Assembly: GCA_963730935.1 (NCBI GenBank)
Contig: CAVSTP010000004.1
Location: 1,632,001 to 1,696,000, forward strand
DNA from: an uncultured Nitrospiraceae bacterium
Lineage (GTDB): Bacteria; Nitrospirota; Nitrospiria; Nitrospirales; Nitrospiraceae
Length of the DNA stretch: 64,000 nt
Direction of reading: 5' to 3'
Shown: piece by piece, positions 52,999 through 62,396 of the stretch
Layout of the letters: each line of letters begins with the position of its first letter
Numbering within the stretch: position 1 is the first letter of the stretch
Notes under the pieces: generated by a model
Databases searched by the model: none
Told to the model about the DNA's origin: nothing
What the model saw: the letters and a program-made list of their open reading frames with translations, nothing else
Translations under genes and position numbers: made by a program

Positions 52999-53065
52999 GG
53001 AACCAGCTGCTAGACTCGAGGATATCTCATTGCAATCGGGCTTTGGCTGCTCGTATCATCGACCC

Positions 53066-54004
53066 ATGAACTGCACGAAATGTAAGACCAAAGCGGTCAT
53101 CAAGATCCCCCGGCACCATGCGGCCTTCTGTAAAGGTTGCTTCACGACTTTTATCCATGATCAGGTGGCGCGGGCGATCAAGTCCGAAAGAATGTTCGGA
53201 AAGGACGATCGCATTCTTGTGGCAGTCTCTGGCGGGAAAGACAGTCTGGCGCTGTGGGATATCCTGCTCAAGCTCGAGTACAAGGCGGACGGGTTCTACG
53301 TCAACCTGGGGATCGGCGGCTATTCAGAACGCTCCTATCGGATGGTTCAACGGTTTGCCGACTCGGTGGCCGTTCCGGCCGGCTCGGTCCTCCACACCCA
53401 CACGGTGGAGCAGGAGGAAGGCGCCGGTATCAAGGAACTCGCGCAGTTAGTCCATCGGCCCACCTGCTCTACATGTGGCACCATCAAACGCTATCAATTT
53501 AACCGCGCCGCGGTCGAACGGGACTATGACGTGATGGCCACGGGTCACAATCTGGACGACGAAGCCGCCCGTTTGCTCGGCAATGTGCTGCATTGGCAGG
53601 AGGATTATCTGGAGAAACAGAGGCCCTCCCTGCCCGCTTCGGTCGATGGATTCGCGAAGAAGGTCAAACCGCTCTACCGCCTCTCAGAGCGGGAACTTGC
53701 CGCCTATTGCGTCCTGAATAAGATCGAGTACATCGTGGACGAATGTCCGATGGCCCAAGGCGCGCGCACGCTCCTATATAAGGAGGTGCTCAACCGCCTG
53801 GAAACCGAGTCGCCGGGCACCAAGCAGTACTTCTATTGGGGTTTTCTCGAAACGCAGCGCGAGAAGCGGTCCTCTCCCGTCGCCATGACCGAAAAGGATC
53901 AGGCCATGCTCCATCCCTGCAGCACGTGCGGACAGCCGACTACGGCAGAGATCTGTTCGTACTGCAGATTGATGGCGCGCGCCAAGCGGGAAGTGCCGGG
54001 TTGA
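53066..54004 (+). CDS. ttuA: tRNA 2-thiolation protein TtuA/TtcA family
   Basis: N-terminal CTKC/CKGC, PP-loop SGGKDS, CSTC, TGHNLDDEA, ECP, C-terminal CSTC/CSYC. Confidence 0.8.
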   Translation: MNCTKCKTKAVIKIPRHHAAFCKGCFTTFIHDQVARAIKSERMFGKDDRILVAVSGGKDSLALWDILLKLEYKADGFYVNLGIGGYSERSYRMVQRFADSVAVPAGSVLHTHTVEQEEGAGIKELAQLVHRPTCSTCGTIKRYQFNRAAVERDYDVMATGHNLDDEAARLLGNVLHWQEDYLEKQRPSLPASVDGFAKKVKPLYRLSERELAAYCVLNKIEYIVDECPMAQGARTLLYKEVLNRLETESPGTKQYFYWGFLETQREKRSSPVAMTEKDQAMLHPCSTCGQPTTAEICSYCRLMARAKREVPG

Positions 54005-54036
54005 TCTCGTCAAAATCGGCATTACCTTTTTAACTC

Positions 54037-55089
54037 ATGGCGACTACTCCACGCGATTTCTACCAGGTCCTCGGTCTTCCTCGCACGGCCTCGGCCGAAG
54101 ACATCAAGAAGGCCTATCGGCGATTGGCCCGCCAATATCATCCTGATCTCCACTCCGGGTCAAAGAAGGCCGAGATGGAGAAAAAGTTCAAAGAACTGAA
54201 CGAAGCCCACGAAATCCTCTCCGATCCGGATAAACGCAAAAAATACGATCAGTACGGAGCCCAATGGGAGCAGGCCGAAGCCTTTGAAAAGGCGCGTCAG
54301 CAGGCCGGTGCGGGTGCGCAAGGGTTCCGCTGGGAACAGGCAGGACCTGGCGGTGGCGGAGCTGATTTCAACAGCGAAGCCTACTCTGACATCTTTGAAA
54401 ATCTGTTCCGCGGGGGTGGTCGGACCGGGGGAACACGCGGATTCTCTGTGCCCGGTGAGGATTTGGAGGCGGAGGTCGAACTGACGTTACGCGAAGTGCT
54501 GTCCGGCGTCACCAAACGGGTCAATTTGCGGGAACCGATCCCCTGTTCGACCTGCCAGGGAACCGGCACATTGCGCGGGCGTACCTGCCCGACCTGCCTT
54601 GGGTCAGGCTCCACCACGGAATTGAAAACCCTCGAGGTCAAAATCCCGGCCGGCGTCCAGGAAGGCACACGCGTCCGGGTAGGAGGCAAGGGCCAGCCCG
54701 GGTCGAACGGTGGAAAGCGCGGCGACCTCTACCTGTACGTCAGGATCAAGCCGGACCCCATTTTCCGTCGCGAAGGCAGCGATATTCACGTGACCCTGCC
54801 CGTCTATTCCTGGGAAGCGGTACTCGGGGCAGAGGTCATGGCACCAACGCTCACCGAACCGGTCAAAGTGAAAGTCCCGCCCGGCAGTAAGGCGGACAGC
54901 AAGCTTCGGCTCAAAGACAAGGGCCTGCCGTCGGCCGGCGGGGGACATGGCGATCTCTTTTTGCATCTGCAGATTGTGGTCCCGCCTACCGTCACGGAAG
55001 AAGAGCGTTCTCTCTACCAGCGGTTAGCCAAAGGAACGCACCCCGATCCGCGCGCCGAGCTGCTGAGGCTCACGCGAATGACCGCATGA
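54037..55089 (+). CDS. DnaJ-family co-chaperone (CbpA-like, with partial zinc finger)
   Basis: J domain with HPD, G/F region, two CxxCxGxG repeats, DnaJ-C domain. Confidence 0.92.
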   Translation: MATTPRDFYQVLGLPRTASAEDIKKAYRRLARQYHPDLHSGSKKAEMEKKFKELNEAHEILSDPDKRKKYDQYGAQWEQAEAFEKARQQAGAGAQGFRWEQAGPGGGGADFNSEAYSDIFENLFRGGGRTGGTRGFSVPGEDLEAEVELTLREVLSGVTKRVNLREPIPCSTCQGTGTLRGRTCPTCLGSGSTTELKTLEVKIPAGVQEGTRVRVGGKGQPGSNGGKRGDLYLYVRIKPDPIFRREGSDIHVTLPVYSWEAVLGAEVMAPTLTEPVKVKVPPGSKADSKLRLKDKGLPSAGGGHGDLFLHLQIVVPPTVTEEERSLYQRLAKGTHPDPRAELLRLTRMTA

Positions 55090-55721
55090 CTCCGACCGAG
55101 TATGGGGTGCTGGCCTTCAGCTCCCTATTCGTCATCGTCGATCCCATCGCCACCGTTCCGGCCTTCCTCGCCATGACCGCCCGCTATACGCTCGTACAAC
55201 GGTTGCGCATGGCGCGCGTCGCTTGTCTTGTCGCCGTGATGATTTTAGGCGGCTTCGCGCTTGTTGGTCAGTGGCTGTTCTCACTCTTGGGGATTTCGCT
55301 TGCCGCCGTCCAGGTCGCCGGCGCGCTCGTGCTGTTACTCGTGGCCTTGGACATGTTGCGGGCGCAGCGTTCGCCGGTGCAGGAAACGGCGGCGGAGACG
55401 GCGGAGGGCGCTGCCAAAGACGATATTGCGATTACGCCGCTCGCGGTGCCCATGCTGGCGGGACCCGCCGCCATCTCCACCATTATCCTGTTGGACGCGC
55501 AGGCGCCGTCATGGCTCCATCGAGGCATCCTCCTGGCTTGCGTTGGCCTGGTCGGTCTGGCAAGCTACGGCATCCTGGCTCTGGGTGCATCCGGAGCCAG
55601 GTGGATGAGCCCCCTGGCGGAAAAAATCATCACACGCCTCATGGGCTTGCTGCTCGCCGCCTTGGCCATTCAGTTCCTGTTCAACGGGCTGAAGGGAGAA
55701 GGCGGTTTGTTTGTGCGATAA
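55086..55721 (+). CDS. MarC family membrane protein
   Basis: LFVIVDP, IAITPLAVPMLAGPAAI, RLMGLLLAALAIQF. Confidence 0.9.
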   Translation: MTPTEYGVLAFSSLFVIVDPIATVPAFLAMTARYTLVQRLRMARVACLVAVMILGGFALVGQWLFSLLGISLAAVQVAGALVLLLVALDMLRAQRSPVQETAAETAEGAAKDDIAITPLAVPMLAGPAAISTIILLDAQAPSWLHRGILLACVGLVGLASYGILALGASGARWMSPLAEKIITRLMGLLLAALAIQFLFNGLKGEGGLFVR

Positions 55722-55767
55722 TGTCGTGTCTACTTCTATCGAGGACGTCAACATAAGGAGGTTTCGC

Positions 55768-56400
55768 ATGAAGAAGGGAATGCAGGGAATCTCGGCGCTC
55801 GTCATGGCCGGAGCGTTCACGCTGGCCATGGGAATCGCTGGTGTGTCGGCGAACGAACCCGGCTACGGCCACGAGGGCGGAAAAGACGGCTATGGAGGCG
55901 GCGGCCATGGGATGATGGGAAGACATGGCATGGGCATGATGCATAGCAGTGCCGGCCATTTGATTCGCCATCTTCTGAAGCATGAAAAAGAAATCGGTCT
56001 GACGGCCGACCAGGTCACGAAACTCAAGGACATCCAGTTGAACCTCGATAAGACCCGCATCAAATCGGAAGCAGATATTCAGGTGGCCGAGCGCGAATTA
56101 AAAGCGCTAACCGATGACGAGAAGTCCGATCTCAAAGCGATTGAAGCGAAGTTGAGACAGAGTGAAGACATGCAGGTGGCCTTGCGCATGACCTCTATCA
56201 AAACCCGCCGAGACGTCTTGGCCCTCTTGACGCCCGAACAGCGCGCCAAGGAAAAGGCCGAACACGAGAAGATGATGCAGCAGCATAAAGAGGGCGGCAA
56301 AAGCCAAGGCAGCATGGCGAATCCGCACGGCACCATGCAGGGCAATCCGCATCAGGGCGGCGCAACGCCGATGCCTCCCGCGAACATGAAGACCCAGTAA
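55768..56400 (+). CDS. Spy/CpxP-family periplasmic protein with His/Met-rich segments
   Basis: AAGGAGG SD, signal peptide, LTADQ and LTPEQ motifs. Confidence 0.85.
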   Translation: MKKGMQGISALVMAGAFTLAMGIAGVSANEPGYGHEGGKDGYGGGGHGMMGRHGMGMMHSSAGHLIRHLLKHEKEIGLTADQVTKLKDIQLNLDKTRIKSEADIQVAERELKALTDDEKSDLKAIEAKLRQSEDMQVALRMTSIKTRRDVLALLTPEQRAKEKAEHEKMMQQHKEGGKSQGSMANPHGTMQGNPHQGGATPMPPANMKTQ

Positions 56401-56425
56401 CGCACTCCGACCGAAAGGAGAACCC

Positions 56426-56761
56426 ATGCGCGCACAAGCATTGATAGGCCTGCTGAGCATGTGTTTGGTCGTCGGCTCGAGCACGGCCGCCTGGAGCGAC
56501 GACAAGGAAGGCAACATCGCCGATCTCGTGAAAGACGCGAAGGTCACGGCCGAACAGGCGATCAAAACCGCCATGGAAAAGGTCCCGGGAACTGTCGTAG
56601 AAGCCGAACTCGAAAAGAAACACGGTAAGACCGTGTGGGAAGTGGAGATCCTGGGCGCTGACGGCAAGGTCACCGAAGTCCATATCGACGCGGCTAATGG
56701 GACAGTCATCGACACGGAAGCGAAGAAAAAAAAGCACGAAGACAAGAAAAAGAAGAAGTAG
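56426..56761 (+). CDS. PepSY domain protein
   Basis: Signal peptide, VTAEQAIKTA..VPG.VVEAEL...WEVEI...IDAANG.VI. Confidence 0.85.
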   Translation: MRAQALIGLLSMCLVVGSSTAAWSDDKEGNIADLVKDAKVTAEQAIKTAMEKVPGTVVEAELEKKHGKTVWEVEILGADGKVTEVHIDAANGTVIDTEAKKKKHEDKKKKK

Positions 56762-56807
56762 CTAGGGAAGGAGCGCGTCTCGGCGCGCTCGGGTGGGAGG
56801 GTGAGAA
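56762..56807 (-). repeat. Copy of the TCTCACCC-hairpin element
   Basis: Minus strand TTCTCACCCTCCCACCC-GAGCGCG-CCGAGA-CGCGCTC-CTTCCCTAG. Confidence 0.7.
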
Positions 56808-56841
56808 CGAAGGCATTTTGCGCAGCTTGAAAAGGAATTCG

Positions 56842-58515
56842 ATGGCAAAAGAACCTAAGTTGAAGAGTCACGATCTGCTCGTCGGTCCCGGCCGGGCTCC
56901 GGCACGGGCGATGTTAAAAGCTGTCGGTTTCACTGACGAGGACCTCTCGCGCCCGATTATCGGCGTTGCCAACACGTGGATCGAGGTCATGCCGTGCAAC
57001 TTTCACTTGCGCCGATTGTCGGAGCGGGTGAAAGCCGGCATCCGGGCGGCAGGCGGCACCCCCATCGAGTACAACACCATCGCTGTCTCGGACGGCATTT
57101 CGATGGGGACGGAGGGCATGAAGGCCTCGCTGATCAGCCGCGAGGTGATCGCCGATTCGATCGAACTCGTGGCGCGGGGACACCTCTTCGACGGCGTCGT
57201 GGCGCTGTCCGGCTGCGACAAGACCATTCCGGGAACGGTGATGGCGCTCGCGCGCTTGAATGTGCCGTCGCTGATGCTGTACGGCGGGTCGATCATGCCG
57301 GGACAGTTTCAGGGCCATGACGTGACGATCCAGGACGTCTTCGAAGCTGTGGGCAAGCACGCGTCCGGCAAGATGACCAATGAAGAACTGAAAGATCTGG
57401 AAGACCATGCCTGTCCCGGACCCGGCGCCTGCGGAGGCCAGTTCACGGCCAATACGATGGCGATCGCATTCGAATTCCTGGGCATGTCGCCGATGGGACG
57501 CAATGGCGTGCCGGCCATGGACAAACGCAAAGACGACGTCGCATTCGAATGCGGCAAGATGGTCATGGATCTCTTGAAACGGGATCTCCGCCCGCGCCAA
57601 ATCATCACGCGCAAATCACTGGAGAATGCGATCGCGGCCGTCGCGACGACCGGTGGCTCGACCAACGCGGTGCTCCATCTGCTCGCCATCGCCTACGAAG
57701 CCGGTATCAAGCTGAGCATCGACGATTTCGACAGGATCAACCGCAAGGTTCCCCTCCTGGCCGATTTGAAACCGGGCGGCCGCTTTACCGCCGCAGATCT
57801 CTACGCGGCGGGCGGCACAACACTGGTTGCCAAACGCTTGGTCGATGCCGGCCTGCTCCATGCGAATCAACCGACCGTGACAGGACGAACGATCGGCGAA
57901 GAAGCGAAGGAAGCGGTGGAGACTGCGGGGCAACACATCTTGCGGCCGCTTTCGAACCCGATCAAAGCGACGGGCGGCATGGTCATACTCAAGGGCAATC
58001 TGGCGCCGGAGGGGTGCGTCGTCAAAGTCGCAGGGCATTCCATGATGCAGTTCCGTGGCCCCGCCAAGGTCTATGACCGCGAAGAAGATGCGTTCGTCGC
58101 CGTAAAAGCCGGACAGATCAAGGCCGGCGACGTCGTCGTGATCCGGTTTGAAGGGCCGTCCGGGGGTCCGGGCATGCGGGAGATGCTGGGTGTGACGGCC
58201 GCAATCGTCGGGGCGGGATTGGGCGACTCAGTCGCGCTACTGACCGACGGTCGGTTCTCGGGCGCCACGCACGGCCTCATGGCCGGCCATGTTGCCCCTG
58301 AAGCCGTCAGAGGCGGGCCGATCGGCGCCGTCAAAAACGGTGACGTCATCGTGTTCGACATCGCCAAACGCCAATTGAACGTGGAACTGTCCTCCAAAGA
58401 GATCAAGTCGCGGCTCAAGAAGGTGAAATTGCCGGCGCCCCGCTACACCTCCGGTGTGATGGCGAAGTACGCCCGGCATGTGTCCTCGGCCTCCGAAGGC
58501 GCGATCACCACCTAA
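56842..58515 (+). CDS. ilvD: Dihydroxy-acid dehydratase
   Basis: PCNFHL, SDGISMG, GCDKTIPG, GACGGQFTANTM, GGSTN, GGPGMREM, TDGRFSG. Confidence 0.96.
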   Translation: MAKEPKLKSHDLLVGPGRAPARAMLKAVGFTDEDLSRPIIGVANTWIEVMPCNFHLRRLSERVKAGIRAAGGTPIEYNTIAVSDGISMGTEGMKASLISREVIADSIELVARGHLFDGVVALSGCDKTIPGTVMALARLNVPSLMLYGGSIMPGQFQGHDVTIQDVFEAVGKHASGKMTNEELKDLEDHACPGPGACGGQFTANTMAIAFEFLGMSPMGRNGVPAMDKRKDDVAFECGKMVMDLLKRDLRPRQIITRKSLENAIAAVATTGGSTNAVLHLLAIAYEAGIKLSIDDFDRINRKVPLLADLKPGGRFTAADLYAAGGTTLVAKRLVDAGLLHANQPTVTGRTIGEEAKEAVETAGQHILRPLSNPIKATGGMVILKGNLAPEGCVVKVAGHSMMQFRGPAKVYDREEDAFVAVKAGQIKAGDVVVIRFEGPSGGPGMREMLGVTAAIVGAGLGDSVALLTDGRFSGATHGLMAGHVAPEAVRGGPIGAVKNGDVIVFDIAKRQLNVELSSKEIKSRLKKVKLPAPRYTSGVMAKYARHVSSASEGAITT

Positions 58516-59291
58516 CGGGCGGTTGACGCATCTGCTGGAGCCGGCTTTTCGAGCCAGACCGTCAGCACCGCGGTCACGGCATCATCGTGACTATACTTGT
58601 GCAGGTAGGGAAGAGCCGGCAGAGCACGCTCGATTTCATGGCTGACCGAACTGGCTTCGGCGGTGAGAACGAACCCCGCCTCTGCGAACAACCGCTGCCA
58701 GTCCGATTTTCTCAGGCGGTTGACGTAAGTGCTGCGGTTCCACTTCATGAGCGTCCACAACCATTCGGGGTAGCGAAGGCAATCAAACAACTTTAACGGC
58801 GACGGCGGCTGGCGTCTGTAAAAGGAATGGTCTCCCAGATCGATATGGGCGACCATCCAGCCTCCCGGACGCAACAGGCGGAAGCACTCCGCGACCGTGA
58901 CCTTGGGATAGCGGAGATGCTCGAAAGCCGTGTGAGACCAAATGCAGTCGAACTGGCCGGAGGCAAACGGCAACCGTTTGCCATCGTATAAGCGGTAGTC
59001 GATACGTTTTCGTGCCGCGTGATCGGCCATCACATACTCAGCCACGTCCACAGCCGTGCAGCTCTTGGCGCCCGACCCCAGTGCCTCCTCCAACACTTCC
59101 AGCGTATGTCCCGGTCCGATCTCTAAGATGTCCTTTCCCGCGATAGGTTGGAAGCGGCAATACAATTCAAACACCTGCCGGGCCAACACACGATCGGCAT
59201 TCAGGCCGGTGCAGTGGTACCCGCCCGCCAGCCTGGCGATCGGTGGGATGCCCATCACAAGATTTTGAAGGATTTCGAGCGGCACGAACAT
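58512..59291 (-). CDS. Class I SAM-dependent methyltransferase
   Basis: ILEIGPG, LPFASGQFD, FEHL, LLRPGG. Confidence 0.85.
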   Translation of the reverse strand: MFVPLEILQNLVMGIPPIARLAGGYHCTGLNADRVLARQVFELYCRFQPIAGKDILEIGPGHTLEVLEEALGSGAKSCTAVDVAEYVMADHAARKRIDYRLYDGKRLPFASGQFDCIWSHTAFEHLRYPKVTVAECFRLLRPGGWMVAHIDLGDHSFYRRQPPSPLKLFDCLRYPEWLWTLMKWNRSTYVNRLRKSDWQRLFAEAGFVLTAEASSVSHEIERALPALPYLHKYSHDDAVTAVLTVWLEKPAPADASTAR

Positions 59292-59305
59292 CGCACGAGT
59301 GATCG

Positions 59306-60154
59306 TCAATAATACGTGATCGTTCTTTCGCGAGTGACCGCGGTTTCGGTCAACGTGACCGACCCGTTCTTCAGCGACCACCGTTGAGCCGTTTCCTTGA
59401 TCCAGTTGCCCTCGGGATCGAACTCGTAGGTCACGACTGATTTCCGAAGATGCGGCTGGCGGAAATACTCGCTCGATTGTTCAATGCGATGACCCGCCTG
59501 ATCATACCCGTAATGGTCCCGTCGCATCGGGCTACCATCGCTTCCGTAAAAGCGGCTTTCCTTGAGCCGATCGAGGGGATCGTAGTGATGCGTCGCTTCC
59601 AACACGAGCCGTCTTTGAAAATAGCGACCCTGGTAGATGAGATTGCCGCGCGCATCAAAGAGAATCTTTTCCGTCACGCCTTGGGCGGTCACCATGATTT
59701 CTTCTGAGAGCAAGCCCCTGCGGTCGTAGAACGAGAACTCGGCTTGCGCAAACAGCCCTTGCTCGGTCACGGCCACCTGGGCCGAGCGTCGTCCCTGTTC
59801 ATCGATTCCGTACCGAAACAACTTCCGGGACGCGACGCTGCCATCCGGCTCGAAGGTCTCTTCTTCGGTAAGTCGACCATTCTCGTCGTACATATAGACA
59901 TACCGGACGGCACCGGCAGCCTGACGAGCCGGAAGCAGTTCGAGCGACGTCAGATGCCCCTCGCGGTCAAACTCCTGCGTCGTGGTCAATTGCGGATACT
60001 TGATCACGACCGTGCGGACGGCTCCGTGCAGATCGAGACGGTCGAGATCGCTTTTTGCTTCGCTCCAGGGAGAATTAACGAGAAGGAGGGACCAACCGAC
60101 GAGGATCACAACGGAAGGAAGCCGACCGTAACGCCAGATCCTCATGCCGTTCAT
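59306..60154 (-). CDS. Exported YD/RHS-like repeat protein
   Basis: Signal peptide, L.GAVRTV, repeated Y.YD..G[RN] units, FDPEGNWIK...RERTITYY. Confidence 0.7.
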   Translation of the reverse strand: MNGMRIWRYGRLPSVVILVGWSLLLVNSPWSEAKSDLDRLDLHGAVRTVVIKYPQLTTTQEFDREGHLTSLELLPARQAAGAVRYVYMYDENGRLTEEETFEPDGSVASRKLFRYGIDEQGRRSAQVAVTEQGLFAQAEFSFYDRRGLLSEEIMVTAQGVTEKILFDARGNLIYQGRYFQRRLVLEATHHYDPLDRLKESRFYGSDGSPMRRDHYGYDQAGHRIEQSSEYFRQPHLRKSVVTYEFDPEGNWIKETAQRWSLKNGSVTLTETAVTRERTITYY

Positions 60155-60169
60155 GCCTGGCGCACTGAA

Positions 60170-61168
60170 CTATCGTCCCTTCATTCGTCCGCGCATTTCG
60201 GACATCATCCCTTCCAGGTCCGCTTCAGCCTTGGCCCGGTCGCTGATGAGAATGTCGAGATCGTAGGGACGGGCGGGCTGCGACTCGATCGGCTTCGCCG
60301 GCGCCGCTGCAGGCGCTTTCGCGGAGTGCGGAGGTTTGGCCTCCGGCTGCGGGGACGGTTTGGAAGGAAGATCCGAGGCGGCATTCGTCGGTGGGGACGA
60401 CACGGCGGACGTGGCCGCGGTTTGTGAACGGGTCAGGCCCTGGGCCCTAAGCCATTGCGCTGCGACGCTCGATTTGAGAGAGAAACTGATACTCGTGATG
60501 GGAAGGCCGTCCGGCGCCACTCGGGCAATGGCGGTGTTGACCGCGATCATGTGTCCATCGCCGTCCAGGAGGGGGCCGCCGGAGTTACCTCGATTGAGTC
60601 CTGTTTCAGTCTGAAAGACATCCTTGCCCTTCACGCCGTTGAAATTATCCACTTCGGCGCTGATCACACCCGTCGTCAGCGTCCACAATCCTCCCTGCTC
60701 CGGATGGCCGATGGCAACGACACGATCGCCGATGCGGCCCTGCGTAGACTCGCTGAAGGAGACGACAGGCAACGGCGCCGGTGGAGAGTCCACCTTGAGC
60801 AAGGCGAGATCCAACGGTGTAGAGTACGCCATCACCCTTGCACGGAGCATTCGGGAGAGATCGGTTCTGCTGTCCCCCGTGACGCGCGGCGGCTTCAAAA
60901 ACACGGACAATCGTGGGTAGGGTTTGCCGGTCCGCTCCTCGATCACGACGTGAGCATTGGTCAAGACCAATCCATCGGCTTGGATGATCGAGCCGGTTCC
61001 GCCGCTGCCGTTCTTGCCGCTGTCGGAATGGCCCATGACCATGACAACGGCGGGTGACGCCTGCTCATAGATGTCGCGGGGCGAGAGTTCCTTCGCGTGA
61101 AGGCTGCTGCCCCACAGAAACGGCGCTGCGCACGCGACCATCCGGATCCATCCCATACACACCCTCAT
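60170..61168 (-). CDS. Trypsin-like serine protease (S1C, no PDZ)
   Basis: TNAHV, DLALL and GNSGGPL catalytic triad motifs; GGAGG SD. Confidence 0.9.
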   Translation of the reverse strand: MRVCMGWIRMVACAAPFLWGSSLHAKELSPRDIYEQASPAVVMVMGHSDSGKNGSGGTGSIIQADGLVLTNAHVVIEERTGKPYPRLSVFLKPPRVTGDSRTDLSRMLRARVMAYSTPLDLALLKVDSPPAPLPVVSFSESTQGRIGDRVVAIGHPEQGGLWTLTTGVISAEVDNFNGVKGKDVFQTETGLNRGNSGGPLLDGDGHMIAVNTAIARVAPDGLPITSISFSLKSSVAAQWLRAQGLTRSQTAATSAVSSPPTNAASDLPSKPSPQPEAKPPHSAKAPAAAPAKPIESQPARPYDLDILISDRAKAEADLEGMMSEMRGRMKGR

Positions 61169-61264
61169 GCACACCTCCGTCCGGCGGCAGCCAAACACCC
61201 GACCGCCAGCACTTTTCTGGAGACGCCTGAAACCCGACGTGCGGCAGCTCGAATCCACAAGAGA

Positions 61265-62383
61265 CTAGGTCCGGCGATAGAACTCACCGATCATCTGAAC
61301 GACATAGGCCTGCTGTTCTTCCGTCAGTTCAGCATAGATGGGCAAGGACAGCACTTCTTCCGCCGCTCGTTCCGAGACGGGAAACGACCCCTTGTGGTAC
61401 CCGAGATCGTGATAGCAATTCTGCAGATGCATGGGCAGTGGATAGTAGACTTCGGAGCCGACACCCTTCTCCTTCAGAAAATTCCGGAGTTCATCTCGTT
61501 GCCGCACCTTGACCGTGTATTGGTTGTACACGTGAAAATTCCCCGGCTTGGTGACGGGCAGCAGCACCCGATCAAGCAACTGGGCCTGGGTGAACAGCCG
61601 TTCGTAACGTTCCGCGTTGCGCCGACGCCCTTCCGTCCACTGGTCGAGGTACTTCAGCTTTACATGGAGCACGGCCGCCTGCAGGGCGTCCAGCCGGCTG
61701 TTGATTCCGACTGCCTCGTGCAGATACCGCACGCGACTTCCATGGACGCGCAACATCGCTAGCGCATCGGCCAGCCCCTTGTCGTCGGTCGTCAGCAACC
61801 CGCCGTCGCCGAATCCTCCCAGATTCTTCGTGGGGAAAAAGCTGAAGCACCCGACATCGGCCAGGACACCGGCACGCCGGCCCTCTTGCGCCGCCCCGAT
61901 CGCCTGACACGCATCTTCGATGACACGGATACCTCGAGGCCTGGCGATGCCGTTGATAGCCGCCATGTCGGCACATTGACCGAACAGATGCACGGGAATG
62001 ATGGCCTTGGTACGCGGCGTCATGGCGCGTTCGATCTGATGAGGATCGACGTTGAACGAGTCCGATTCGATGTCGATGAAGACCGGCCTGGCGCCGAGAC
62101 GTGAGATGGCTCCCGCTGTCGCAAAGAAGGTGAACGGCACCGTGATGACTTCATCGCCCGCCTTGACCCCCGACGCCATCAACGCCAAGAGCAGCGCATC
62201 GCTGCCGGAGGCACAGCCGATCGCATGGCGGCTGCCGACGTACTGCGCCGTCGCCTTCTCGAACTCGGCAACCCTCGGTCCGAGGACGAAGCCTTGCTCG
62301 TCGCAGACCGCTTCCATCGCGGCAAGGATTTCCGACTTCATTCCGCGGTACTGGGCTTTGAGATCCAATAATGGAACGTTCAC
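61265..62383 (-). CDS. DegT/DnrJ/EryC1/StrS family aminotransferase
   Basis: SGSDAL, PVHLFGQ, EDACQA, FSFFPTKNLGGFGDGG, NSRLDALQAA. Confidence 0.93.
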   Translation of the reverse strand: MNVPLLDLKAQYRGMKSEILAAMEAVCDEQGFVLGPRVAEFEKATAQYVGSRHAIGCASGSDALLLALMASGVKAGDEVITVPFTFFATAGAISRLGARPVFIDIESDSFNVDPHQIERAMTPRTKAIIPVHLFGQCADMAAINGIARPRGIRVIEDACQAIGAAQEGRRAGVLADVGCFSFFPTKNLGGFGDGGLLTTDDKGLADALAMLRVHGSRVRYLHEAVGINSRLDALQAAVLHVKLKYLDQWTEGRRRNAERYERLFTQAQLLDRVLLPVTKPGNFHVYNQYTVKVRQRDELRNFLKEKGVGSEVYYPLPMHLQNCYHDLGYHKGSFPVSERAAEEVLSLPIYAELTEEQQAYVVQMIGEFYRRT

Positions 62384-62396
62384 GACCGCCCCCTGG

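Noticed and set aside
59306..60154. Rhs polymorphic toxin
   Set aside because: Too short, with no DPxG core terminus, toxin domain or immunity gene.
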